Shown in pieces: positions 11,487-23,290 of a DNA stretch of 55,302 bases. The stretch covers positions 129,220,740 through 129,276,041 of the forward strand of contig NC_068984.1 in the NCBI RefSeq assembly GCF_001194135.2, given 5' to 3'. Each line of letters begins with the position of its first letter. The stretch's first letter is position 1. The position numbers and the translations under genes are program-made. This stretch comes from Octopus bimaculoides. Lineage: Eukaryota. The notes beneath the pieces were generated by a model. The model did not search any database, was not told the origin of the DNA, and saw nothing but the letters and a program-made list of their open reading frames with translations.

Positions 11487-12569
11487 GCGGAGGTGGTATA
11501 GATAGAAAACTATCGAGCTAGGTAGCTGGCTGTGTGTGTGTGCATGTATGTGCACATATGTATGTATACAAGTGCATATGTGCATATTTATGTATGTATG
11601 TATGCTTCTATATAAGTGCGCTTATATAAATGGTGTATACATATGATAGAAAGAAAGAAGAAAAGAAAGAAATTGTCGTTTCCGAATGTTATGAGATGTT
11701 GTACATTTCGGTTGCACGATAATATTTGCTGTTATATTTCAGATTTTATAATTATTGATTTCTGTTAAGAACCTAAAGACCGGGGAAACAAACACTGCAA
11801 AGGAAAATCAAGATTAACAACGTTTGAAAAATGTGAACCATACAAACAAACAAACAATCCAAAGAATTATATTTTTTGTTAATTAGTGTAGAAGCACCTG
11901 TGGCGGTAGGCAGAGTGCTTCTCATAATCATATTGATGCCATCATAGTTCTACATTTTCTATTAGCCATTATGATCGTTATGACGTCTAACGAGGCAGCA
12001 AGCCTGGCAAATTGCTTAACGGCATTTCGTCCGTCATCACGTTCTAAGTTCAAATTCCGCCGAGGTTTTATGTCAAAATTTGAGGCCATTATTATTATTA
12101 TTATTATTATTATCCTCGTTATTATTATTATGAAGGAAATATGAAGATATCTGAAAAATTATGTAAATTGTGAAAATTGATAGCTATGTTTAACAGTTCT
12201 GACATATGTATTTTTATATCGTATCAACAAAATCTAAAATATCGGTTATACAAACAGAACAAACAAAACGCGAGTAACTGAAGATACTTTTATTGAGAAA
12301 TGCACAAAATTCTACAGACAAGAACAGAGAGTGCACAGATTTACTACCGAAAAATATGGCAAAACCACCGTAAAGTGATGAAAATTAAGAACACCAGTAT
12401 CATGTTAGATAAGAAATTGAGACAGAGGATTTAGAGCAAACATAGATATACATTTATATCTGCATCAGTGTTATGTCATAGGAATTGATGTAACGTTGTG
12501 TCATGCCATATATATTATTATGTGGGTGGAAATGTTGTCATTTCATATATAATCCTATATCATTGTAAG

Positions 12570-12602
<33 letters not shown>

Positions 12603-13000
12603 NNNNNNNNNNNNNNNNNNNNNNNNNNNNNNNNNNNNNNNNNNNNNNNNNNNNNNNNNNNNNNNNNNNNNNNNNNNNNNNNNNNNNNNNNNNNNNNNNN
12701 NNNNNNNNNNNNNNNNNNNNNNNNNNNNNNNNNNNNNNNNNNNNNNNNNNNNNNNNNNNNNNNNNNNNNNNNNNNNNNNNNNNNNNNNNNNNNNNNNNNN
12801 NNNNNNNNNNNNNNNNNNNNNNNNNNNNNNNNNNNNNNNNNNNNNNNNNNNNNNNNNNNNNNNNNNNNNNNNNNNNNNNNNNNNNNNNNNNNNNNNNNNN
12901 NNNNNNNNNNNNNNNNNNNNNNNNNNNNNNNNNNNNNNNNNNNNNNNNNNNNNNNNNNNNNNNNNNNNNNNNNNNNNNNNNNNNNNNNNNNNNNNNNNNN

Positions 13001-13033
<33 letters not shown>

Positions 13034-13034
<1 letters not shown>

Positions 13035-13210
13035 GCACGTGGCTTAGTGGTTAGGGCATTCGGTTCACGTGAGTTCAATTCCCGAGGACGCGTTGTAAGA
13101 CACATTATTTCACGTTCCTCCCGTCCACTCAGCTAAGGAAAATGAGTAATACCTATATTTCAAAGGGCCAGCTTTGTCCCACGCTGTCTTGTCTTACGCT
13201 GAATCTCACG
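13034..13210 (+). mobile_element. tRNA-headed SINE, head B plus tail X (3' truncated)
   Basis: A box tggcttagtggttagggc and B box gagttcaattcc. Middle ttatttcacgtt...gtccactcagct...aaatgagtaa is shared with 30326. Tail tttcaaagggccagc...acgctgaatctc is shared with 34983 and 53188. Confidence 0.7.
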
Positions 13211-13826
13211 CACCCACTCTGACTCTGGGATAGTATTACCTTCTCGGCCAGTGTATTCCGATATTAGCCTGGTGTTGGACCGATAGTGGAATGCCTGAAA
13301 TTTCATAGCATTGAAATGCGTGTTATTTTTGTTAGCCCATTTGTAGATTCCGTTCAGGTCTTTGTGCAGTTTTATGATGTCCTCTGGGTTCCTAACTGCC
13401 TGCGATACTTTTGTGTCGTCAGCATAACTGGCCAGATTGGCATGTCTGAGAGGACTACCAAAAATAGTAGTGGCCTCATTTCTGTTTCCTATGGGACTCC
13501 GCTGAGGATTGGTGTCTCTTCAGAATGAGCACCATTGGCTACAACTGTCTCCCTCCTGCCCTTCAGAAAATCATGCAGCTACCCTCCCAGTTCCCCGGTA
13601 ATACCAAGGTTTCGCAGCTTATGACATATCATGCCATGATCAACTTTGTCGAAGGCCTTGGCAAAGTCGAGGTGTATCACGTCTACTTCTGACTAGTTTA
13701 GCTGTTGCTTCAGTACCCAGTCAAAGTGCTGCAGCAACTGTGTGAGGCAACTCCTCCCTGGACAGAGGCCATGCTGCGTGTTTGTGAGAAGATTGTTTTC
13801 TTCTAGGAATGTGATCAGCCTTTTCT

Positions 13827-13829
<3 letters not shown>
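13208..13829 (-). mobile_element. CR1-like LINE reverse transcriptase fragment (pseudogenised)
   Basis: Minus-strand translation contains QHGLCPGRSCLTQLL, VDVIHLDFAKAFDKVDHGMICHKLR and ASYADDTK, which are RT motifs of the CR1/L2/Jockey group. Contains stops and frameshifts. Confidence 0.9.
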
Positions 13830-13868
<39 letters not shown>

Positions 13869-14459
13869 CATGTATTATATACGTATATTATATATGTATA
13901 TATATTATATACATATATTATATATATATATATATATATAATGGCGTGCTGGGATACTCACTGTATGCATACCTTCGAACATAGAGTATGATCCGAGATA
14001 AATTAGGTTAAACAACACGTATGTCAAAAGAAGCAGTATCGTCTAAAAATATCAGTAATAGCAACAGAACTAACCAAAGATGAAAGTAAGAGGAGATACG
14101 TTTCGTTGAATAATGTGTGAAATTTAACAGACTGTAACCTAAGTTCGAGACATTTATAGCATCACTTGAAGGCATCTTGTATTGATCTGAAAAGCCTTTT
14201 GACATTTGTGTTTCTGTGAAAGTGTATTGTAACACGTCAAGTGTCAAAAACGCGTTGTGCTGCTGCAGCAACTTGAACGAGTTGTGACAAACTATGGATG
14301 TATTCATCATATTTCTGAAAGTATTGGTTTATTGAATAAATCTCGTGATGATGACGATGACGAAGATAACGCTGCAGCTGATGATGATGATGATGACGAC
14401 GACGACAACTATGATTAGGAAGGCGATGATGTAATCATGATAATTATGAAAATAATAAT

Positions 14460-14765
14460 CCTTTCTACGATTAGCAAAAGACCTGAAATTTTGAGGGAAG
14501 GAGCAAATCGATTACACAAGTCCCAGTATTTAACTGGTACTTATTTTATTGACGACGAAAGGAAGAAAGGCAAAATCGTAATCGTTAGCATGCCGGCAAA
14601 ATGCTTAGCGGCGATTCGTGTCTCTTTACGTTCTTGGTTCAAATGCCGCCGGGGTCGACATATCCTTTCATCCTTTCGATTCGATAAAATAAGTGCCAGC
14701 TGAGCACTAGGTCGATGTGATCGATTTACCCATCCCCGAAATTACTGATCTTATGTCAAAATTAC
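14460..14765. mobile_element. Head-to-head fused SINE-A fragments (14460-14578 minus, 14579-14765 plus)
   Basis: Antisense body/tail joined directly to a sense copy at ggcaaaatcg|taatcgttagc. Confidence 0.7.
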
Positions 14766-14770
14766 TATCA

Positions 14771-14801
<31 letters not shown>

Positions 14802-15648
14802 TATCATGATCATCATTATTATTGTTGCTATGAAGAAAATAGGAAGTTATCTGAAAAATTGTGTAAATTGAAAATTTATAGAAACGTTTAATGTCGTGAG
14901 ACTGCTTCAGCACTTCATTCAAATGATAACTACGAAATATTATTGTTGCCGCTCTTCTAATTGTTTCAATGAATTAAGGTAAAGCGTGAGCAATAGTACG
15001 TGATATGAACCGATACTAATTTCCCTTATTGTGATATCAATGAAAAACTAAGCATTCAAATAATGGCCTATTGCATTCTCATTTAAACAAAACTCGTTAA
15101 CCACACAATTAGCAAAATGAAAACAACGTAGACTAACTTTTCACAATAAGCCTATATTAGTTGTTTGTCTAAGTGAATGATATTGCTTATACATACATTA
15201 TATATACACACACACATATATGTATATATATAAACATACACACGTACACACATATATACATTCATGTATATAGGTGTGCGTGTATATATATATATTTATA
15301 TATATATGTGCATTTATATACATATATAAGTATATATGTGTGTGTATGTAATTATTTGCGTGTGTGTGTGATTATTTGTGTGTGTGTGTATGTACATACA
15401 TATATACACTTGGGGTGCACGAAGCAGTGTAGAATAAAATATAGGTATGCACAATTATAATTAATATGTTTGTATACAACTCTGTTTCGTGCACCTCCAG
15501 TTAATTAACTTCAGTTTGACCTAGCTTTGCTCACACCATTAAAATGTACTATAATGTTAAAAATCGTTAAAATCGGTTAACATTATCGTTTGAAAGTAAT
15601 GCAGCTGAAGACTGTATGTTAAGATACATGCCTATGCATTATGTCAAA

Positions 15649-15777
15649 AATCCAAGTACACCTAATGGCCTCGTAAAAGCTACACTTCCTGTCATGTGGA
15701 AGGCAAATAAAACAGCTTGGATTACAGCTTCACAGTTTGAAAATTGGCTTTTGCGTCACTTTGTACCTGAAGTAAAA
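15649..15777 (+). mobile_element. pogo/Tigger (DDE_1) transposase fragment
   Basis: NPSTPNGLVKATLPVMWKANKTAWITASQFENWLLRHFVPEVK matches the LPV.W.AN.KAWMT..LF..WF...FVP.VK segment of Tigger/pogo transposases. Confidence 0.8.
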
Positions 15778-16214
15778 ACAATGACATATTTTTTTCCAAG
15801 ACAAACATATTCTATTTCATGTGCTACTGATCGTAGATATTTCTCTTGCTATTGTAGATAATACTTTCATTGTCAATGCTGTCAAATACGTCATTTTCGC
15901 GAACACTGCTGTAAGATGTTATTGTAACATGTACAGCGCATTAGGTCAGCATACGTTTGATCAGTTGATAAATATTGTTAAGGAAAGAGGAGAAGCACTA
16001 AAAGGATTTTTTTTAATTATTCCATGTTCTAAATGAGTTAACAATAATAAAAGCTGACTGGAACTAAGTAAAATACGATAGAAACTTGGAAAAAACATTT
16101 TACCATAAATTTATTGATGTTTGCACGGATTTGATGAACCAGTAAAGATTGAATGAAATGATGATTAATATCGCTAACCAACTGGGCCTTACACTTGATA
16201 TATATTACGTACTT

Positions 16215-16430
16215 TAAGGCGGCGAGCTGGCAGAAACGTTAGCACACCGGGCGATATGCTTAGCGGTATTTCGTCTGTCTTTACGTCCTGTGTTCAAATT
16301 CCGCCGAGGTCGACTTTGCCTTTCATCATTTAGGGGTCGATAAATTAAGTACCAGTTGTGTACTGGGATCGATTTAATGGGCTGCCCCCTCCCACAAAAT
16401 TTCGGGCCTTGTGCCCAGAGTAGTAAAGGG
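16215..16430 (+). mobile_element. SINE-A with exact 18-bp TSD
   Basis: tatatattacgtacttta at 16199-16216 and 16431-16448. Confidence 0.92.
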
Positions 16431-16599
16431 TATATATTACGTACTTTAGCTATAAGATCAAGCATTCATAAACAACGACCTCATTGAAATAGAACATAAG
16501 GCCTAACAATGGAAACTCATGTTCGTTTTTTCAGTCTTAAATAGTTAGACGAAGCTTTTCACGTGTTCACATTATACTTTGTTTTTTTCAAGATGCAAA

Positions 16600-16790
16600 T
16601 TTCGAGTGAAGTTGAAGCATTGATGTCGATCTAAATAAATCTCATGCCTGCTAACGTAAAATTTATGAACAACAAGAAAATGCTAACGTCACAAGAAACA
16701 TCTTGACATGTTTGTGAAGGAAAAAGAGGCACCTAGTTCAACCGAACCAAATGTGAGCGACAAAGTAACATCGGATGAGGAATTAAAAGG
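16600..16790 (+). mobile_element. Possible C-terminal remnant of the same Tigger-like transposase
   Basis: Frameshifted AC*RKIYEQQENA and LDMFVKEKEA resemble Tigger C-termini (CY.EIYEEKK...TLD.F). Confidence 0.3.
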
Positions 16791-17046
16791 CAATAATAAT
16801 ATTCGATCGTTTATTCTTTGTAAATGATTTATTGAATATGTATAATATATTAAAGCATTGGTTATACCTAAATTACTTTATTGCTTCTCAATAGATAACA
16901 CTATTTTCAAATTTCAACGACATGAACATAACTACCGTTTATAATAATATTTCTGTTTGAATTAGTCTTTCACTTAACAATTGGACATTTGGAACCGACT
17001 GAGTAGGTCTTCGTTTATGTGTATACACACACACACACACACACAA

Positions 17047-17085
<39 letters not shown>

Positions 17086-17201
17086 CGTCATTATTTTTTA
17101 ACTATATTATTTTACATTACATATATTGTATAATATTGTACATTATAGATAGATAAAGATACACAGAGGGACGGACAGACAGAAGATAGACAGCTATGTG
17201 T

Positions 17202-17259
<58 letters not shown>

Positions 17260-17304
17260 GATATGTATGCATACATACATAGGAAGTGGGTGAGAGAAAA
17301 TGTG

Positions 17305-17342
<38 letters not shown>

Positions 17343-17925
17343 TGTGCGCGCGTGTGAACGAGTGAGAGATATATAGACACAGACAGACAAAGAGACCAAC
17401 GGAACAATTCACGTATAAAATTTCAGTTTCCTGTGATAAGAAATAGGTTTTCTGGTGATGACCATTCTATATAAGTATTTTCTTAGTAGCTAGCTATTAT
17501 TACACATCTTGTATCATTGACAGCATAAGAAATACTCTAACGAACATACATTAGTAGACAAACAAACGTGATGCTGATATTTGCAAAGAAGACAATCGTT
17601 TCAGCATTCATCAGATTATTCATGAAATGGGATATCTAAGTATTTGTATTGAAACATTATTTGACACTTGACTCGTGTAATGTCACCCTCGAATATTCTG
17701 AAAGTGTATCATTCTAGCAACACTTCTCTCTCTTTCTCACTCACACACTCACCCCCTCACTTACTCTCACTCCCTCACTCACTCTCACTCACTCATACAC
17801 ACACATGGAACGTGGTCTCACGTTAGGTTCCAGTACGTGGCATCTTGGAAAGGCATCTGCCATAGCAACGGGCTGAACAATGTCTCGTGAGGGGAATTTA
17901 TTCTAAATAGAAACTGTGTGGAAGC

Positions 17926-17965
<40 letters not shown>

Positions 17966-18739
17966 ACTGATATATGTAAATATATATATAATTAGAGAGT
18001 GAGAGTGAAGGATATACATATATCTTCAAGGTAATTTTAGTTTTATCTTGAAGAGTTCGGTTAAACGAACGAAAGCGCTAATAAAAAATTATCCAAAATT
18101 CTGATAGCCTTTTTTTTTCTTAACATACATCATATACCTGACAGACTATGCTGTCAGGTAATGTTCACCTTTAATTTTCTCCCACATAATCCGGACCAAG
18201 TACCTACTTTGATGTCTCCTTATTTGTAGGGGAAAAAACCATGTTCAGTAACGAAAGACCCATACTACAAACCCTACACAAAATATATAGAGAGGTGTCG
18301 ATAATGATTTTAAAAAAGTGCACGTGCACCACCCCGACTACCGTTCACACCAGCAAAGCATTTCATTTCATCGCTACTCGTACATAAAATATTCAACACA
18401 TCATTAAGAAACAACACAAAATGGTGGTTAGCAAACTATTTCTTGGGTACCAAGCCTGCGTAATGCAAAATGATAACATACCTAGAATTTAGCAATTTCC
18501 TCAGTGGGGCGCTACAAATATTCTTATCCACTCTTTCTAACTCATACTTTCGCAACCTGCCTACACCTCCGCAAAATATATACGCATTTTAATAAACTAG
18601 ATGCTATGACAGTTACCTCGCCTTGCTATTTCCTACAAGCCCTCGAAATCTACTTCAAACATAAAAGACCTATTTCCAGCAGATTTAGAAGTAATTACAT
18701 GCAATATATGTGAGAAACAGGCACAAAAGACCAACACAC

Positions 18740-18756
18740 ACATCATCAGAAATATA

Positions 18757-18793
<37 letters not shown>

Positions 18794-18863
18794 CAAAAGA
18801 AATATATTATACACACACACACACANNNNNNNNNNCACACACACACAGTCAAAAGAAATATAT

Positions 18864-18912
<49 letters not shown>

Positions 18913-19010
18913 GAAATAAATATATCATACACACACACAATCAAATACATTAACAGAAATATACCATACATACACCCACATATCAACAGAAATATACCAT
19001 AGATACATAC
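18740..19010. repeat. (CA)n-embedded degenerate minisatellite (cagaaatata[t/c]ca-type units)
   Basis: The unit cagtcaaaagaaatatattatacacac occurs on both sides of a 10-N gap, plus about 4 diverged units. Confidence 0.6.
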
Positions 19011-19104
19011 ATACATCCATACATACACGCACACAAATACAGTAGGTATTTCCTATAACGCTTATACAGCATACACCACCATCACCATCAACCCAGGACA
19101 TTAC

Positions 19105-19326
19105 AGTTTTGAATCTTAGGGCTCATAGGACCAGTTACCCGATTTCCATGCCATATAAGTGACCGAAATCACAATATTCCCCTTGAATGAGACGTAAGTA
19201 CGTCGCACGATTACAGATGAGTGGATAGGAGCAACGTGAAATTAAGTTTTTGCTGAAGAGCACAATGTGCTCTCCGGTCTGAGAAAAGAAATCACTTGTA
19301 TCGAATGTTTAGACCATGCGTCTTCA
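19105..19326 (-). mobile_element. tRNA-headed SINE, head B plus tail Y, degraded
   Basis: Antisense of 30326-30568 (gatgagtggataggagcaacgtgaaattaag; gggctcataggaccagttacccgatttcc). Confidence 0.6.
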
Positions 19327-19849
19327 CCTTACGTATCACACAGAGACATACGAAAGTAAAACGATGTATAGACATATTTAAAGCTCTCACACGCGTCGCT
19401 TTGAGTCGACATAAAGGAACAACGACATTTTTGTACAAGAAATTCATTAGATCCTTCAACGATTATGCCAACCCTTTCTGAATCCCAAACCCTTCATAAT
19501 AAATCAAAATAAACTACAAATAACACAAAATATCGCCTTTCGTATCATTGCATGTTGTACACAAACTGTGTTTTCCCGAGTTCAGCTTTGCCTTTCATCT
19601 TTCCGGGGTTGATAGAAATAAAGCTAACCCCTCCCCTCAAAATTGTTGGCCTTGTGCCTAATTCTGAAATCATTATTTAGAGAGATTTTATTATGAACAG
19701 ATCGCTACAAAAAATAATTGTACAAATCATCGGCGATTTGATATTCAAGTTGGTAGTACAGATGGGAACAATTAAGTCACAGTTTTTACTTCTATTATAA
19801 AAAGGATGTAATATTGTGTATTGTACATAGAAGTAAAGAAAAACTTTGA

Positions 19850-20620
19850 GATGTCAACGCAAAAACTTCGGTGAGAGATGCAGCTGTGAAAGGTAACACT
19901 TTTCGTAAAATACCAAACAAAGGTTTAACCAATCACTTGAATTACTTCTGGAAGAACGGCACAGCCACTCAGTAGTTACTGATGTGTGGATTAGCTTCAG
20001 AAAGAGTAATTGATGGAAATACTACTTTCGTTAAAGTTGTCTCACAATGGATCAAGCGAAACCCAATGTAACTTCGTGGAACAGAAATCATTGTGGAGAT
20101 AGACGATAATTCCTTTGTTGTAAGAAAAAAAGTGGGTATTTGGGATGTAAGAAGCTAAGAGGGTCGGCTGAAGAGTTCATAGGCTGACCTAGATATTCTC
20201 ACGGAATGTTACCAAATGAGGCTTAGTTTTCAACATAGTCTTCCTTGCAATTCACACACTCCTTCCGTCGGTGTTGCAGTGCTTGGATCTCATTGGTGAA
20301 GAAGTCTATCCGGGCATGGAATTTTATTAGAGATACCACAAGAGGATGAAGCAACTTTGTTGACAATAATCCTAGATGATGTCTTGCCTGGCAGCACTAC
20401 ATGCTCTAGAACTTGAACAGTAAACCCTGATCTTCACTTGCCAGGATACAACCATCGCTCAGTCAATAACCGAACCAACTTTGTTTTCCCAGTTATTAAA
20501 GCCACAACACACTATTTGATAAGTGTACAGCAGAAGGCAAAAGATGGAGATGTGCAACCATTACTACATAAGTAGTGACATACAGTCAAAATTATTTGAC
20601 CGAAAGTATTTGACAAAAGG
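19850..20620 (+). mobile_element. Merlin / IS1016-family DNA transposase fossil
   Basis: Peptides LRGTEIIVEIDDNS (20072-20113), EIPQEDEATLLTIILDDVLPGSTT (20330-20401) and GYNHRSVNNRTNFVFP (about 20444-20491) occur in the order of the Merlin motifs IGG.G.IVEIDES, VP.R.A.TL...I...V.PGS and GY.H.TVNHS.NFVDP. Confidence 0.75.
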
Positions 20621-22019
20621 GAGATGATTTATAGAAACCCTAAGTTTAATGATCGGAGAGATATATCCTTCATAAAATTATCTTTTCATTCCCTATTTCT
20701 AATACATAGGTTGCATTTATTTTTGTGCGGAAGGGGTTCAAATATTTCATCACTTTAAAATTATACCGTTTAACGAATAAGTGGGGTTTTTTTTATTTTT
20801 GTAATATATACCGTTTTCAATATACAGTTTTCCTTTCTCAATTTTTTTTAAGGATATATCGTTCATCGTATCATCGTTTCTCGTGAAAACGGTTTTCATT
20901 AATTCGAAATAAGTCTGGAGTAAATACGTGTCATCATTTCTTGACATATATCCTTTTAATATCTTGCAAAATAGGGGCGGGAATGAAAGAGTGTTTAATT
21001 GGTTTTTAATATGTATCGTTCTAAATGCTTTTCAAAAAAAAAATAATTGTACGCAAACAGCAAAGATCTCAATTTTCTATATTTCACGTTAAGCTTTCAC
21101 TTTTCTAAATTTCACTCCATAACACTGTAAAGAGGAAGTTGGTTTGGTTTCACTTTAAATAGCATGAAAGTTGAATAAGAACAGAAAGTGAATACATAGA
21201 AAGACAAATAAGAACAGAAATTGAATGCATAGTTACAGAATAGGAATTAAAAATTTTTATTGGTTTTAAAATATCTGAAAATTTAAGTCTTGCAGCTGAT
21301 ACTATAAACTTTTCAGAGTGCGTCTATAGAAGTATATTTAAATCCTTCATAAATACATTTGTTACAAAATGTATGAAACAAGGATTATTGTTGTTGGAAT
21401 CTGAGAATGAGAACTGCAGGATCGCAAATCGCCTCAAGCTAGATAGGTTTGAGTTATGGTTAGCAGCGTTACTTTGGAGACCTCTGCACTGCACATGATT
21501 TGAATGACCGGCAGGAGAGCTTAAAACTTTTTCTAGTATTATAATTAATAAGAATCAATCAATAGAGTCTGTAAGGGGAAATATATGAACTTTGTCCGGT
21601 GAAGACAGAGATTAATATACCCTCAATCTGTGGCTACAAAAGTTTAGCTAAGAAGGATTATAGCTGATATTATGTAAAGCTATACCAGATGTATAGAGAA
21701 ATCATAATTGTGCCAAGAGTAATGATGTATAGGAAATATTCAGGAAAAGGAATAAAAAGAATTATGAGATTTTTCAATTGAAAGTGACATGGTGAATATT
21801 TATTGTTGGGAACCTGACAAAGGAAATAATTAATGCTTCATAAGTTATATTACTGCTGTTGTTAATCCCCAGGTCAGCTCTGATTGACATTACCTGTGAT
21901 CAATAGAATTCCAGTTTTGACCATCCCGTTCTGCTTTTGTAGTGGCAGATTAATGTATCAAGGACTACAACACGTGATGTGTCATTCGTTTTATTTGAGG
22001 AATATTTGTCTCCCTCAAG

Positions 22020-23290
22020 AAGAAAATACATGAAGATATAATTCTAAATTGATACAGTTTTGAAAGAAGCATAGACATGATGCTAATGTCTCTTTTCTTG
22101 AATCCCGCCAGTCGAATAAGATTTGCTTGTAGATTGAGAGGAGAAAATATATTGTGGCAATATTGAACAGGTTTATTTGTGATTTAAAGGATGATGAAGG
22201 TGTTTAGTGTAGAGAAGTAAAAGTTTTCAAGAGCTAACTCAGTTTATATTATAGCAACAGGTTCAAAAGTGTGAGCAACCAAATGGTGGTTTCCTTATAA
22301 ACTTATCATTAAAGATATTGCTACACCTGAAGATAAACAAAATATGACTCCTAACCAAATAAAATGAATTTAGACATCAAATTAGGGAAGGGTCCCAATT
22401 TTATAAATTAATTTAATATCATTAGTATAGCTAGATGACGATAACAGAAGATCACAACAAACTATACAATATAGAAGATATGAACATATTCATTTGAAAC
22501 TTTATATTTCTCCCCTTACTGTTAGATACACCACCAGGTTGACGAATGGCTTCTAATGACTTCGATGAAGAACAAGTCGTGCTCTTCATGAAATATTCCT
22601 GAAAGAATATAAATGTAGTTTCCTCTTGTTGTCTTCCTTCGGATATTTTATTCATTTTACAACACAACGTCTTGGTGGCTATCACTAATTCCGAGAGAGA
22701 GAGAGGAGAGAGAGAAAGGAAGAAAGAACTGACTTCAGTATTTGGCTGATGCTTCATTTATTGTCTCTATGTAAGAATGAGAGCCCATGCCCTTCTCAAA
22801 CCTCCTAAACTTGAACGTGAAGATGGCTGATTGGAGTTCAGTTACAACTGAAAGACAGCGGTTGGGAAGAAAACACGCTAAAAGAGTATTGTTATTGTAC
22901 AAGAAGCATGAACAGGATAGTAAGGTCTCTATTCTTGACTCTCTGCAGCTGATTATAATTGACTGCCTGAGAAATAAGATATGCTGATTGAGAAACGAGA
23001 ACGTATTGTAGCAACATTGAATGAGATTTCTTCTTATTTAGAGGACAGTTTTATTTAGAGGATATTTTATTGCAGTGAAGTAAAAGTTTTGGAGAGCTAA
23101 GTCAGCTCTGAACTATAACCAAATAATGAAATGGAGGTTGTAGGAAGTCTTATCATCAACTGATATTCTGTAAAGAGACTTTTGTTAAGGTTTCATGAAG
23201 TCCAGTGGTAAACAGCGTAACAAAACCTTTCTTACCTAAATATAGTCGAAATTTTTATTGTCAGGTGAAACAATTTTGCCTTCATCGATG
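22020..23290. repeat. Ancient diverged direct duplication, period about 850 bp
   Basis: aagaagcatagacatgatgctaatgtctcttttcttgaatcc (22064) vs aagaagcatgaacaggatagtaaggtctctattcttgactct (22901); gaagtaaaagttttcaagagctaa (22214) vs gaagtaaaagttttggagagctaa (23077). Confidence 0.6.

Noticed and set aside
13034-13090. tRNA-like sequences at SINE heads (also 30326, 33368, 35300-35373, 42019)
   Set aside because: A and B boxes are present but there is no complete cloverleaf, and each continues into a SINE body. These are not tRNA genes.
18780-18880. Exact duplication across a 10-N gap (similarly 40543-40700 beside a gap)
   Set aside because: Could be a scaffolding overlap artefact, so it is not treated as a biological finding without reads.
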